Assembly (NCBI GenBank): GCA_030141605.1
Contig: JAQGDQ010000045.1
Span: 186,001 to 250,000 of the forward strand
DNA: 64,000 nucleotides
Reading direction: 5' to 3'
Origin: Tubiluchus corallicola
Lineage: Eukaryota; Animalia; Priapulida
This document shows positions 15,201 to 26,148 of the stretch, piece by piece (position 1 is the stretch's first letter; every line of letters begins with the position of its first letter). The translations under genes were made by a program, and so were the position numbers. Under the pieces are notes generated by a model. It worked only from the letters and a program-made list of their open reading frames with translations. It made no database searches and was not told the origin of the DNA.

Positions 15201-16465
15201 CTGGGTCTGCAACTCCGCAGAGATCCGCCACAAAAGAACAATAATGTCTGATACTGTGACACTAATTTTGGAATCATTTAGTTTGAATAGGACTGTGGGG
15301 GTTTTTTGATTGTGAAGCCAGTTACTAAGTAACTAGTTATGCATCTTTTTGGCTTGCAAAGTGCAAGGTTTCAGAAAATCTAATAATCCAGCTTTGAAAC
15401 TGGATCTGTAAACAATAATTAAGAAATAGGATTCGTAACTCTGCAAAGTCCACAAGCAGTGTGGGTCCGCAGATTTGCAAATCTGCAACAAAGCATGCAT
15501 ACCCGCTATTTCCAAATTTGCAAATTCACGGATTGCCGTGCATCTTTGCATATGTATGTATGCGTGCACATAAAATACACCACTACAAGGTTCAACAAAT
15601 CTTAAAACAAAACTCTATTTTTAAGGCAATGTCTTTTCATGCCAAAATATCATCAAAAAGTAATCGTTGTCATCATAGTTACCACCTTCAACATCATCAT
15701 CATCTTCATCAACATTATCATCATCATCAAATAAATGTCTTACAGGTGAAGAAAAAACAATTTTAATTTTCGAAAAACTTTCCACACAAAGTTATATACT
15801 TAGCATTACACTTACCAGTTTGAAGGACATGTAAATTTAAGGAAAAAAGTTCTTAGTGATTTAAAGAACTTTTAGCAAAAATGTCATGGACTCACCTTCC
15901 TAGTGTGCACCACTGACTCACCAAAAAAAACTTATTTTTATCTTATTGACAAGATACAGTAATTTATACTTTTGCTTGGTTAGTGAAGTATCTGTTACAA
16001 ATGTTCTGATTATTTTTTCAAACATTATGCAATATTATCCAAACTTGTTTCAGATGACCTACCATGAAAATGACCGCACTTAACAATCATTGCTGAAATT
16101 CAAATTTTTAAGAGGAATGTTATAGTTTTAGATAAGTAAAGGCATTCTGGTGCTTTAGCCATTATTTTGTTAAAATGTAAGTACATCAGTTTCTGTTATT
16201 TACCTGTCAACAAAGGAAAAGTGGCATTTCGATGATCAGATGCTCCCACTCCCATTTGTGATCTTTCTTTAACATCTGATGCAATTTTCGGAAATGTGTC
16301 AAACCATGACGCTCTCGACCTTTTAACTGATAGGACAGGCAAATAATGTGCTTCCTCTTTTGATGTCCCAGAAAAACTGGGAGGAAAGGAACTATTCTTT
16401 AAAGGTGGAAGATTCAACTTAGGAGATACAGATTTTGAAGAAGGTTCCAGTTTTGCCCGTGAACT
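80..16465 (-). CDS. DNAH7: Axonemal inner-arm dynein heavy chain, DNAH7-like; N-terminal tail, 18 exons, partial (continues past left edge, start codon unresolved)
   Basis: Exons 5'->3': 16465-16204, 15031-14899, 14117-14015, 13874-13770, 12247-12169, 11808-11723, 10763-10648, 9990-9871, 9293-9110, 8608-8429, 7642-7487, 7196-7083, 6465-6338, 4897-4819, 3900-3676, 2615-2469, 1502-1366, 215-80. All phases join in frame (2490 nt). Peptides RYYYYIHNGIDTEHVAHMED, VDFVLKDPR, WFVEVQNIFLRGSKKK, VPRVESKL, FNKEEEAFGW and DVGNYWRTMYKLEKTF match the DNAH7 N-terminus as I recall it. Confidence 0.9.
1366..1502 (-). CDS. DNAH7: DNAH7-like exon (IESFNKEEEAFGWELTKYPLRQELVNALQPYYKLYETTLEFDEKH)
   Basis: AG/GT bounded; conserved NxEEE.FGW and PY.KLYET motifs. 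Confidence 0.9.
2469..2615 (-). CDS. DNAH7: DNAH7-like exon (VRREKFTEDLE...LLAAVDK)
   Basis: cag acceptor, gtgaag donor, phase 0/0. Confidence 0.88.
2617..3231. repeat. Three near-identical tandem copies of a 205-bp unit (2617-2821, 2822-3026, 3027-3231)
   Basis: Read directly; the copies differ at about 3 positions; explains the duplicated 73-aa ORFs at 2705 and 2910. Confidence 0.95.
3676..3900 (-). CDS. DNAH7: DNAH7-like exon (RYIKQVEDKTLP...QYEQNLR)
   Basis: ttctag acceptor, gtaaaa donor, 75 codons. Confidence 0.88.
4085..4290 (-). mobile_element. Degenerate tRNA-derived SINE-like relic
   Basis: Pol III B-box GTTCGAATCC on the minus strand (~4237-4246) followed by a GC-richer body; A-box degenerate. 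Confidence 0.35.
4819..4897 (-). CDS. DNAH7: DNAH7-like exon (ICADFEQIALKALTTPTNTEELVELK)
   Basis: AG/GT bounded; conserved P.NT.EL motif. Confidence 0.88.
5865..6110. repeat. Compound pentanucleotide microsatellite (TAATA)n followed by (TAACA)n
   Basis: Read directly; source of the spurious MLCYV-repeat ORFs. Confidence 0.95.
6338..6465 (-). CDS. DNAH7: DNAH7-like exon (IVPCGMFEVNTSELISALVKKAE...)
   Basis: tttag acceptor, gtaagt donor; GMFEV motif. Confidence 0.88.
7083..7196 (-). CDS. DNAH7: DNAH7-like exon (AEEEIETFFSEQHNFNDY...)
   Basis: tgcag acceptor, gtgagc donor. Confidence 0.87.
7487..7642 (-). CDS. DNAH7: DNAH7-like exon (ISFKIENLKPTV...YDFLIINK)
   Basis: gtaagt donor; AAG acceptor after a long pyrimidine tract (an in-frame alternative lies 12 nt downstream). 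Confidence 0.8.
8429..8608 (-). CDS. DNAH7: DNAH7-like exon (HTEPYRRHMRLVLRFVLEDNRIQFEP...VPRVESKLLPDT)
   Basis: tttcag acceptor, gtaagc donor; an in-frame upstream acceptor at 8656 is also possible. Confidence 0.85.
9110..9293 (-). CDS. DNAH7: DNAH7-like exon (WFVEVQNIFLRGSKKKLVP...MISHCL)
   Basis: tgtag acceptor, gtgagc donor. Confidence 0.9.
9871..9990 (-). CDS. DNAH7: DNAH7-like exon (NLRFVRTSELEDRMEALELPVFQ...)
   Basis: AG/GT bounded, phases 2/2 consistent with neighbours. Confidence 0.88.
10648..10763 (-). CDS. DNAH7: DNAH7-like exon (VPKVWAKSFWFARRAIADKLFAINPCMAAVLDLWYSSY)
   Basis: AG/GT bounded; NP.M.AVLDLW motif. Confidence 0.9.
11723..11808 (-). CDS. DNAH7: DNAH7-like exon (DFVLKDPRRQDDEDRPNYKLEHRQELLQ)
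   Basis: ttgcag acceptor (phase 1), gtatca donor. Confidence 0.88.
12169..12247 (-). CDS. DNAH7: DNAH7-like exon (VNREKEICLLSNEIKEEYLISMKKAI) ending at a GC donor
   Basis: tttag acceptor; only the G|GCAAGT donor restores KKAI-V-DFVLKDP. Confidence 0.85.
13770..13874 (-). CDS. DNAH7: DNAH7-like exon (RYYYYIHNGIDTEHVAHMEDDTLANILRLLATGLK)
   Basis: Diagnostic RYYYYI..GIDT motif, AG/GT bounded. Confidence 0.92.
14015..14117 (-). CDS. DNAH7: DNAH7-like exon (QTESPDAQG...PSKTEKNIL)
   Basis: tacag acceptor, gtaatt donor; EKNIL runs into RYYYY. Confidence 0.82.
14899..15031 (-). CDS. DNAH7: DNAH7-like exon (IKKRKKPETY...KQREKFRNALVSII)
   Basis: tttag acceptor, gtaagt donor; RE.FR..LV..IM motif. 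Confidence 0.82.
15116..15548. mobile_element. Degenerate hAT-like MITE next to a (TG)n tract
   Basis: Imperfect CA(G/A)AG.TG termini; repeated TC(C/T)GCA subterminal motifs at both ends; no clean target-site duplication. Confidence 0.35.
16204..16465 (-). CDS. DNAH7: DNAH7-like near-N-terminal exon (SSRAKLEPSSKSVSPKLNLPPLK...FPLLT)
   Basis: ttacag acceptor, G|gtaaat donor; phase fits the next exon; sequence poorly conserved. Confidence 0.7.
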
Positions 16466-17012
16466 CTGTAATAAGAAAATATTGCAAAAATTATCATCTT
16501 ACTAAGCGCAATGTACATAATGACATTTACTACATTTTTTCAGTACAAATCAGTGGCTGAAAAGTGAGGAAACTTCTCCAGTCTCTAGGATACAGCAACT
16601 TCCTCAAATTAATCAGTAACATAATTTGAATAAGCTGGGTTGCAACATATAATTGCATAACTCGCAAAAAAGTCTTGCATGTACATTAATGTGTACTTGT
16701 GATGGCAAATAAGCAAACATTCTATAAAACACACACTCTGAGCTTGAGCACAAATCTTCTACAAACATGCTGTTTTTTACTGTTTTTTAAATGTAATGTA
16801 AACTTGCCAATTTGCATTGTTTGACCCATTCCAGCTACTATGTCGGATACATGTGCATAATAAGCACACTCTTGTAATTGAAAATAATAAGTTTTTTTAG
16901 AACACAGCCTATGGATAATGACACAAAAAACGCATAACCCTACTTTACTTTCTGACACTCAAGAGCGCCTGGCAAAAAACAACAGGCATAATTTATTATT
17001 TCATCAGTAAAA

Positions 17013-17073
17013 CTTGGTGTAGAATCGAACTTATATACTCCAAACAAAAAATGAGCATTCTGCCACTGAGCTA
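17013..17073 (-). mobile_element. tRNA-like SINE head or tRNA pseudogene fragment
   Basis: Minus strand reads TAGCTCAGTGG (A-box) ... GTTCGATTC (B-box) at tRNA-like spacing; no intact cloverleaf. Confidence 0.45.
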
Positions 17074-17603
17074 ATATAAATTGCACTGTAATGAAAAATG
17101 TGTTTTATTAGATCCATTTGTTGTTATTCCAGCAAGTCTCAAAACAGGTAGAAATAATACGCTACACGACAAAGTGACGAACTAATACCTAATACTGATT
17201 GTTTTAGATATTGTTTTATTTAATTAGTTTCAGATATAAAAGACTGTGCTGACACTATATAATTATAATGAATTTTGCGGTAATATAATTAATAATTACA
17301 CTGAAAAAATGATCATAATGCAGATAATTAGCAAACAATTATTAATTATGAAATTATAGTACGGAATACGCACATTAGCCATTGTTATGTTCGATAGTAC
17401 GTAGTTATGTCATTAACTTTGTTGCAGTCAGCAGTCTAGAAAGGATCGGTCTCCATCTAGAAAGCAAGAAATCTGAAATGAAAAGCCTTGGAATGAACGT
17501 GAAACAACTGGAAAAGATTCACAAAACCAGGACATACGGTCACATACCAGGTGAATGAAGTACACAGAGTCACTTCATATAGTCAACTTACAAAACTAGT
17601 TAC

Positions 17604-17656
17604 CGTTATGTCAGCGTTGCAAGCCATTACAATGATCATGGATATTATTAAATTTG
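17604..17656 (-). CDS. Candidate start-codon exon of the dynein gene (MIIVMACNADIT)
   Basis: Pyrimidine tract with TTTTAAC then tag acceptor; in-frame ATGs at 17639 and 17627; G|gtaact phase-0 donor fits exon 16465; no homology support. Confidence 0.35.
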
Positions 17657-18429
17657 CTAATTCAAATATGGTTAAAAGTAAAAGGGAGTCAAGTACTCCA
17701 GGGCGAACTAGCACCATCGTCTTGGAATGCTAAAACTGTAACTTAAATAACTATCCAAGAATTATGTAGACAGTGATACAATTCATGTATTAATCCCTAG
17801 ACTAAAGTCATTTCACTTAGAAGGCCTGCACTACATATTATTACAAAAAAGGAAAAATGGTAATATAAACATCATAATTTCAAATTCCTACATTCGTAGT
17901 ACTGGTGTACTTCATTAAGATTATTTTGCAACTAATACGATACCATAATAAAATGGATCAGCAGTATATCACTGATACACTATGACTATAAACAGAATTT
18001 AAAATAAAACGTTTATACCTTTAATTTGAAAGGTAATTTACCCTTTCTTTTTAGAATTTGTTTGTCATTTGGCCCAATATTGCATAATAGCCAACGGTCG
18101 ATATTTAGGACTAGTGGTGGGTCTTTTCATAATTTGCAAACATGAGTATGATCACATTAAACTAATGATTTTTTGCAAACAACAAATTATACTGTGTTTA
18201 TACACAATGCAGACAAGTGTTGGTAACTTGGTACCGTACCCAAAATGCAACGCAAATATGTTTTCGCCATCCACCACCATAAAAATCGGCAGCACTGTCA
18301 AACGAGAAGAAAATTGTGAAACAAGTGAGCTGTTTTCTGGGCGTTGAGAATTTATTGTGAATTTCCTCAAAAATGTTTTTATTGATAATTTTACTAGATT
18401 GTTGAACTTTTTAGAAATGTAGAGTGACT

Positions 18430-20562
18430 ATGAGTAACAGAGCACACATGCAACCTTATCTGAGTAATTCATTACCTATACGACAAGAAATACAACGTTT
18501 TGAAAGCGTACATCCGAGCATTTATGCCATATACGATTTAATTGAAGCTATTCCTGATCCGTTACTTCAGCAGCAGATAAGAGAGCATGTTGTGTGTATC
18601 GAGGATTCGTTTGTGAATAGTCAAGAATGGACCTTAAGCAGGACTGTACCAGATGTGAAGCTTGGTATAGTGGGAAGCTTGTCAAGTGGGAAATCTGCTT
18701 TGGTTCACAGGTACTTGACTGGCTCGTACATGCAGGAAGAATCTCCAGAAGGCGGTCGTTTTAAAAAAGAGGTTGTAATAGATGGGCAGAGTTATCTTTT
18801 ATTAATACGTGATGAAGGTGGTCCACCTGAGCTTCAATTTACTGCATGGGTTGATGCTGTAATATTTGTTTTTAGTTTAGAAAATGAAGCCAGTTTTAAT
18901 GCTGTTTATACCTATTATGCAAAGATGGCACACTACAGAAACACTGCAGATATGCCAATGATTCTTGTTGGAACTCAAGATGCCATTAGTGAAAATAATC
19001 CTCGTGTGATAGACGATAGCCGTGCTCGAAAATTGGCTTCAGATCTCAAACATTGTTCTTACTATGAAACGTGTGCAACATATGGTCTTAATGTAGAAAG
19101 AGTGTTTCAAGATGCATGTGCAAAAGTAGTTCAGACTAGAGCTACTGCGACTCCAACAAACTCTCGGCCAACAACTCCTAGTCATTCTTTACGAAACTTG
19201 TATATATCATCTCCAACAAACAACGATTTTCCTAATAGTCATAGTGGATCGTCTGGTGGATCCACCAACTTAACTAACGTAGGACCAAGTGGTAGCACAC
19301 ATAACTTGGCTAGTGGTCTTGCTGCTCACCAAGCTGCCATGTTTAAAGAACCTTTTCCTCGTGAAAAAGGGTCTGGGGAATTAGTAGTTAAAGACCCTGC
19401 TACCAAAGAATTGATCACGCCTAGCTCCACACCAACTACGTCAAGGAAGAATAGACGACGTTCTAATATTTTCACTCCTTCTAAAAAAGAAGACAAAGAT
19501 GATAAAAAAGCAAAAAATGGAGATATGATGGGAAGTGGTCGTGCTATTCCTGTGAAACAAGGGTACTTGTATAAAAGAAGTAAAGCTATTAATAAGGAAT
19601 GGAAGAAAAAGTATGCCACACTTAGTGATGATGGCAATTTAACCTACCATCCTAGTCTGCATGATTATATGGACAACGTACATGGGAAGGAAATTAATCT
19701 TTTGAAGACTACTGTAAAGATTCCTGGACAGAAGCCGCGGGGATCTCAGGGCGTAAAGCCTGCTACAAATCCTAATATCTCTGCAAGTACCGGAAATGGT
19801 CTGGCATCGGAGGTGCAGAAGTTATCATTGAGTTCAATGTTGAGCAAGAAACAAGGGACAGATAAGGAGTCCTTACTGACTGCTTATGACATTGTCCGTG
19901 ATGGTGCTTTGCTGAGATCTGGATCTGTGTCAAGTAACTGCGAAGATGCTGTAATTATATCTAATTCTGGTGTGAAAGGTTTTAGCCTTGCAGCTCCGCA
20001 GGTTCCAGCCAAAATAGAAACTCCTAATTTAAAAAAGCGACATCGGCGTATAAAGAGCAGTGGAGCAAAGAATCCAGATAATGCCGATGACTCTGATGGC
20101 TATGAGTTTATTATTGTGTCCATAGACAATAAACAGTGGCATTTCGAAGCCGCCAGTCGCGAAGAAAGGGACCAATGGGTGCAAGCTATAGAACAGCAAA
20201 TTTTAAATTGTCTGCAGTCTGTAGACAGCAATAGAATAAAATCTCGCAATACTCATGGTGACGCATCTGCTATTGATGCAATACGAAAAGTACGTGGTAA
20301 TCAATTCTGCGTGGACTGTGATGTAGCCGGACCAGATTGGGCAAGTTTGAATCTGGGTGCTCTAATGTGCATCGAGTGTTCCGGCATTCATAGAAATCTT
20401 GGGACACACGTTTCGCGCGTTCGCTCACTGGATTTGGATGACTGGCCATCAGAATTGGTGAAGGTCATGCTTTCCATAGGTAATACGATGGCTAATAGTG
20501 TATGGGAAGGAAACAAACAGAGGAATGTGAAGCCAGCACCTCAGTGTAGTAGAGAGGAAAAG
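18430..20562 (+). CDS. AGAP1: AGAP/centaurin-gamma exon 1 (GTPase-like domain, split PH domain, ArfGAP zinc finger); 711 codons
   Basis: ATG 18430; [17 protein letters not shown]-terminus, GSLSSGKS P-loop, [32 protein letters not shown]-x16-CIECSGIHR ArfGAP; AAG|gtttgt donor. Confidence 0.96.
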
Positions 20563-22447
20563 GTTTGTGTTTCTAAAAGTATTCTTTTATAAGTTTTCTT
20601 TCAAAGTGTATTACAAAGTGTAAGCAGACTAAAAGAATTTTGTTGAATTTTGATCTTCCTGAAAATTATTGCATGCGGTAATATAGGACTATTCACCAAA
20701 GTGTGCAAACTGAGATCAGAGATAGTTTTTTTCTTATTGCAGGCATTTGTTGTAGGTTGTGAATGTTCACGTAGTGCAAAGTGCTTGTCTACACATAATT
20801 TATGTAGAACTTTGAAGTTGCAGTCCTGATTAAAAGACGAGTCTAGTTTTAAGACTGAAAGGGTGGAGATGCCTTTGAAGCTTATTTTGCTATGTCTGGT
20901 AACTTGGGAAGTGAATCTTTGTAAAAATAAGATTGCTTAATAGATTACGTTTGCTAGTTCTGACCAAAATACCTGCTGTGACCTTGTCATCCATTTTTAT
21001 TCGCTAAGTACTAGTAAATGTTTTGCTGCAGAGGTAGAGATAACTTTGATTAATGCACACAAACTTGAAAAATTATAGGGACCCAGAAAGACTCCATTGT
21101 AGCCTACATCACGGTCACCAATTTAGTTTAGTAATCTCTGAGTGGCATCTGTTCTATCAGGAATTGAGACATTGCTGCAATGAACATCAAATACATGTAG
21201 AAGTGCAATGTAAAGAATTGTAACCTCTTAATTAGCTTGAATGGATGATCTTGTACTATAAAAGTAGGTCTAGTGCTACAATGGAAAGACTGAAATGTGT
21301 AACAAAAATCTTTGAGCTAGATGCATGTACAGAATCAGTGTACCAATATATTTGTATGTATAGTCACAGTTTTTTAATAGCATGTTCTCATTCTGAAAGT
21401 TTAAATGGGATCTTAACAATCAATTTATATTTATACATGTTATGAACTTTTACAGTTTCAGTCACAAAAATCATGATAAACTGATTTAACTGAAATATGA
21501 CAGAATATATGCTAAGATTCCACAAAATTTTCTGATCACTAATGTGTATTTAAACCAATTTTAGAAATTTGTTGCTGATTTGAGTTTTGGAATGTAACAG
21601 TAGGGCTTTGCTGACTGTTCAGTTACGTTAATATGTTTCATTTTATTATTGTAACTCTACGTAGTGTTAGTGTAGGCTGTAAATATATATAATTTAGTTA
21701 TAATAAATTTTATTTTTTGTTTTAATGTTGTAGCCGTAAAGTAATATTGATTCAGCTTTGTGACATTGATAAATGATTCTTTTATTGTTCATGTAAATTT
21801 GACCTACAGTTAAGCTAAAGCGTAAAAGTGATTTTTTTCCTGCACACCTTATACAAATACATGTTTGTTTAATTTGGCCCTTTAATGTGTTTGTTTTGCT
21901 TTCAAGTTTGCCAGCAAATAATTGCTTGGAGCAAAAATTTGCGGTCAGCTGAACGAACTACAATGCAAATGTGTCTTGGTTTTAATTTTGCTATCTTTGC
22001 TATAGCTGCAGCAAGGAGTTGGATGCCCTAATTTTAATACTTCACATTTATGATGTAAAGGTTTTTCATTTTTGTAGGTTTTTAGGACCTATAGTTAAAA
22101 TACCTATGCCATTTTCGCATATCTTAATAAAACACGCTCTCCGTTAAGAAAGGTCATACATGTTACAAAGTGTATGTTGGGAAAAGGTTTAAATAACACA
22201 GTGTACATTTCAAAAATATATTGGCTGTTAGTAACAAAATGAAATTGACACATGAAGCTAAGTTCATGTCTGTTGCTGATGAATTTATTAATCTATGCAG
22301 TAATTCATCATTTACAGGTGCATTGGTGCAGAAAAGTTCGTTTAGCAAGTTTTGTAGATCATCAGTACTGTAGAGATTTTTATAGAGAAATCTGCAAAAT
22401 TTTTAACTAGTCATGCAAAGCATTCAACTTGAGCGTTTCCTTTTTAG

Positions 22448-22897
22448 GAGAAGTGGATACGAGCCAAATATGAACAAAAGGAATTTCTTCCGGGTCCACC
22501 TTTGTCCAATGTTCCTGTGGGGCAGCAACTTCTGGAGGCAGTGTGTAAAGGTGATCTACGAAATGTGATTCTTCTTTTAGCCCATGCTGCTCCCGACCAG
22601 GTAAATACCAGAGTTGGCTCTCGGGACCGTCGTACGCCACTACATCTCAGTTGTGCTCTAGGTAACGTTGTTATTACTCAGTTGCTCATCTGGTATGGAG
22701 CAAACGTCGCTGCCGTGGACCAGGAGGGCCGCAATCCTCTGGTGTATGCAAAAAACTCTGGTAGCTCTGAATGTGTAAATATTTTAGTAAATAATGGCTG
22801 CCCAGAAAATGGCGGCGACAACACGCTGCCGCGGCGCAAGAGCCTGACTAGAAATGACAGTGATGTTTTTGATAAACTACCTGCTAGTGTCATATAG
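22448..22897 (+). CDS. AGAP1: AGAP/centaurin-gamma exon 2 (end of ArfGAP, ankyrin repeats, C-terminus LPASVI); full protein 860 aa
   Basis: tttttag acceptor joins REEK|EKWIRAKYEQKEF in frame; TPLHL ankyrin motif; TAG at 22895-22897. Confidence 0.95.
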   Translation, partial: EKWIRAKYEQKEFLPGPPLSNVPVGQQLLEAVCKGDLRNVILLLAHAAPDQVNTRVGSRDRRTPLHLSCALGNVVITQLLIWYGANVAAVDQEGRNPLVYAKNSGSSECVNILVNNGCPENGGDNTLPRRKSLTRNDSDVFDKLPASVI

Positions 22898-25332
22898 TAG
22901 AGAATGTGCGAACATAATATTTTATGTTCGAATTCAGCTCAGGCCAAGCAATTACGTAACTACTGTTAACTAGTATTAAGCTTAATACCCACCATGCAGT
23001 ATTACGTGATATCCATTGCACAATACTGTTAATAACTGCCAAAGCTCTACCAGTGTGAGGTTTAAAAATGTGCAAATGTGCTTTTAATGCATTTTCTATG
23101 TGAAAATACCTAAGTTAAAGTTAAACATCTATTTTGCCGTGCGGTCGTAAAAGTTTTAGGCCTTTCTCATAACATTGACATCATTCAGCTGGCCTACCTT
23201 GCTTATTCTGTGCGAATGTATTCATTCAAAGCTCCACTATTTAGTATTGAGTCCATTCTTTGCTTTTGCCTGCATAAATGTCTGCAATGGATACTTATAG
23301 CCAAAAAATTACACTGCTCAAGTGCTCATATATGTAGTAAAATTGGCAACTAGTCATTCTTAAAATTGCACCCGTTGTAATGTTCTCTTTCTTGTTTATT
23401 CAGATTTATGTAAAGATGAGTAATACTGGCCTTAAGGCATAAAACAAAATGTACAGAATGTATTGCTGAGCTCCTGGGGTGCTGTTTTGTTATGCTACAA
23501 TGCATTTTAGGTAATTAATTAAATACAATGCACATTTTTACGTAAGTGATATTTGCATTCATTAGGCCTAATCTAAATCAGTTATTGTGCAAAGTATTTC
23601 TTCGAGTATTGTACAACTGATTTTCTCTTGTATACTTTGTTTTATCTCGTAAATATTTAGACTGGACCATAGGTTTTTCACTGCTGCTTCAATAATGCTG
23701 TTTCCTGTAAGCGTTTCCACGCATTCTACTAGCAGTAGGGGTTCCTGCTTTATGCTAATTAAACTGATCCTACTAGAATTAGATATTGGTCATTGTTGAC
23801 CGTAAACAGGGCACTCTGGATACTCCAACTCACTGGAAACATGGTACGTGCAATTGGATTATGGAAATTACTTGCATTATTGTAGCACTACAGACCACTC
23901 ATCTGAAATTGCTGTATCGCTCACTTTATTGCCTTCATTAAGGGTTTTCCATTATTACTGATCGAGAATGGCTTAACTATATGACAGCCTTGATAACAAT
24001 TGTTTGTCTATTTGCAACGCACAGAAATGACGACTGTAAAACTACTGATGTCATAACGAGGTATTTATCTGCCAGCATTTCACTTATTGTGCTTATACTG
24101 TAGTTATGAAATGATTGTAGTTGTATACAACATGAATACTATAAATTCAGTGGTGAATGTTATTGTTCATAATAGCCCATTAAGGTCTCTTCTTTGTGTA
24201 CAAAATCATCTATGTTTGTATTGTCTGCAGCCAACACTAGCTTAAGCACCTTGCTGTCATCATAATTAAAGATCGGTGGTATGAAAAATGTAATAACTGT
24301 TATTCACTGATTTGGAGAGCATCTTTCATCCTACATAAAAGGCTACAAATACTCCGCAAAGTAGTGAGACTTACAAAAGTAGATTTCTAAATCCTTCAAC
24401 TGCAGTAACATTTGTGAACGTCTGAGCTTGTCTTTTATTGCATAATAATTGCTCATATTGCTGTTTTACTTTTTTAAGAAGTTTTACGTTTCTGCGATCT
24501 TTTCTAAACAAGCATTGACGTCATTTGACAATGCATAATAATTCATTTTTTATTTTTTGTAATCATAGATTTATGATTTATCATCAGGTCAATGTCTGAC
24601 AACTTTCTCTTGAGCAATTTTTTTCATTTGTAACAGTTTAACACATTCCTACACTTAGTTTTTGTACTCAGTCCTACTGGTTAAAGGTTGTGCTTAAATA
24701 TAACTTACATTTTGTGTTTATCTGTGACCTTGAAAGTTTGAAAATGCTTTTCTAGTTATGTTAAAATTGTTTTAGTGTTAAATAATAAGCAACTTACATG
24801 CAAGTTGTTTATGTGTAAACCTATAATATGCATTTAGGCTTTGATGTATTTAAATGTATGTATGTAGTAATGTTATTATAATTATAACATGCGTATAAAT
24901 TGTTATGCATGTGATGTGATACTATTATTGTAGCTGGTTGTAAGTTATTTAAATTTTAGTAATTTTGACTGGTTGTACGTAAGCTTAGCTAGTACTCACC
25001 AGTGTTGTGTTAGTTCAGGTATATCATGTCATTTTATAGTGTCTGTTGAAGACGTGCTAGCATTATTATAACAATGACTGCACTGTAATTGTTTTGCTGA
25101 CACGTCACTGTTTTACTCGCCCTCAATTTGAAAATGAACTGTTACGACGACACCTCTTGAAAAACTGGCCAGGCGCATTACATACAAACCAGAGATAGTA
25201 CTTACCACAACCCAGAAATAACTATTGTACTAGCTGTTTTGTGTTTATCAGTTATGGCCTCCAGCTGTGTCTGTATGTGGGCATGTGTAACCACAATTGT
25301 GTGTGTGTTACTTGGTCAAATTGCAGATAAAA

Positions 25333-25370
25333 AATAAATTTTGTCCTACATGTGTGTAAGCGTTAATAAA
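25333..25370 (+). terminator. Candidate polyadenylation signals (AATAAA at 25333 and 25365) for a long AGAP 3' UTR
   Basis: Two AATAAA followed by T/GT-rich sequence; the real cleavage site is unknown. Confidence 0.3.
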
Positions 25371-25383
25371 TTGCCATAGTAAC
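25370..25383. promoter_or_regulatory. RFX X-box-like motif ATTGCCATAGTAAC
   Basis: One mismatch to the GTNRCC-N0-3-RGYAAC consensus typical of ciliary gene promoters. Confidence 0.45.
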
Positions 25384-26148
25384 TAAATTGTTGGGCAATT
25401 TACAACTTGTGTATCTTTATTCTTTTTGTGCACAAATTTAATGTCATATCTCACTCGTAAATATGAATTCGTAATGTAACAAACTGTTATTCTGTGCGAT
25501 CATAATGACACGATATAATTATAGCCATAAGTTATTAATTTAATAACCATTACTTAATAGAAATAGAAAAAATCATCTTGTGACCAAGAAATTATGCTTT
25601 TTTACTTTGATTTTATTCATAATAGTCAGTAATTTTAAATTTGCAGTTAATGATTCTTCATTTGGTTTCATTTATGATAATAGGTCGTTATAGGAGGAAC
25701 ATGTGCTCTTTGTTGCCCGTCTTTCCACCTTCTGTACTATGTTATATAGTCAGTGAAACGAAACTATCGAGTCAAACTTTGGGGATGTTTTTATTATACC
25801 CCTATTTATTTATTTAATCACTGTAACAGAAACAGAAGAAGCCCACACCAATCGCAGCGCTTCCCTCTTTGACTCTGAGTCATATAATGACTCAGCCTGA
25901 AGTATCTTCTCGCGTGTCAAACCACAGAATAGCTAATTAGGTTCCAATATATGCCGGCTCGGGCGTCTATCTATTTAGTTGGCCTTGTCCTGCTTTTAAT
26001 AATGTACATACATTAATTAGTTCAGTTTCTGGCGCCATAATTGTTAAATCTAGACTATGTGAATCTCTACGTGGAATTTTGGTACCACGTGCAAAGGCCA
26101 TAATATCTCAAGTTATGTGAATTGTTCAAATGTAAACCAGTAATAACT

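Noticed and set aside
19326-19637. Antisense ORFs over AGAP exons (also 22407-22893)
   Set aside because: Shadow frames of a real coding exon with no independent signal
18424-20592. ORF-track 722-aa protein as a complete single-exon gene
   Set aside because: The GTG start is not the eukaryotic start (ATG 18430), and the tail VCVSKSILL is intron read-through; the protein continues at 22448
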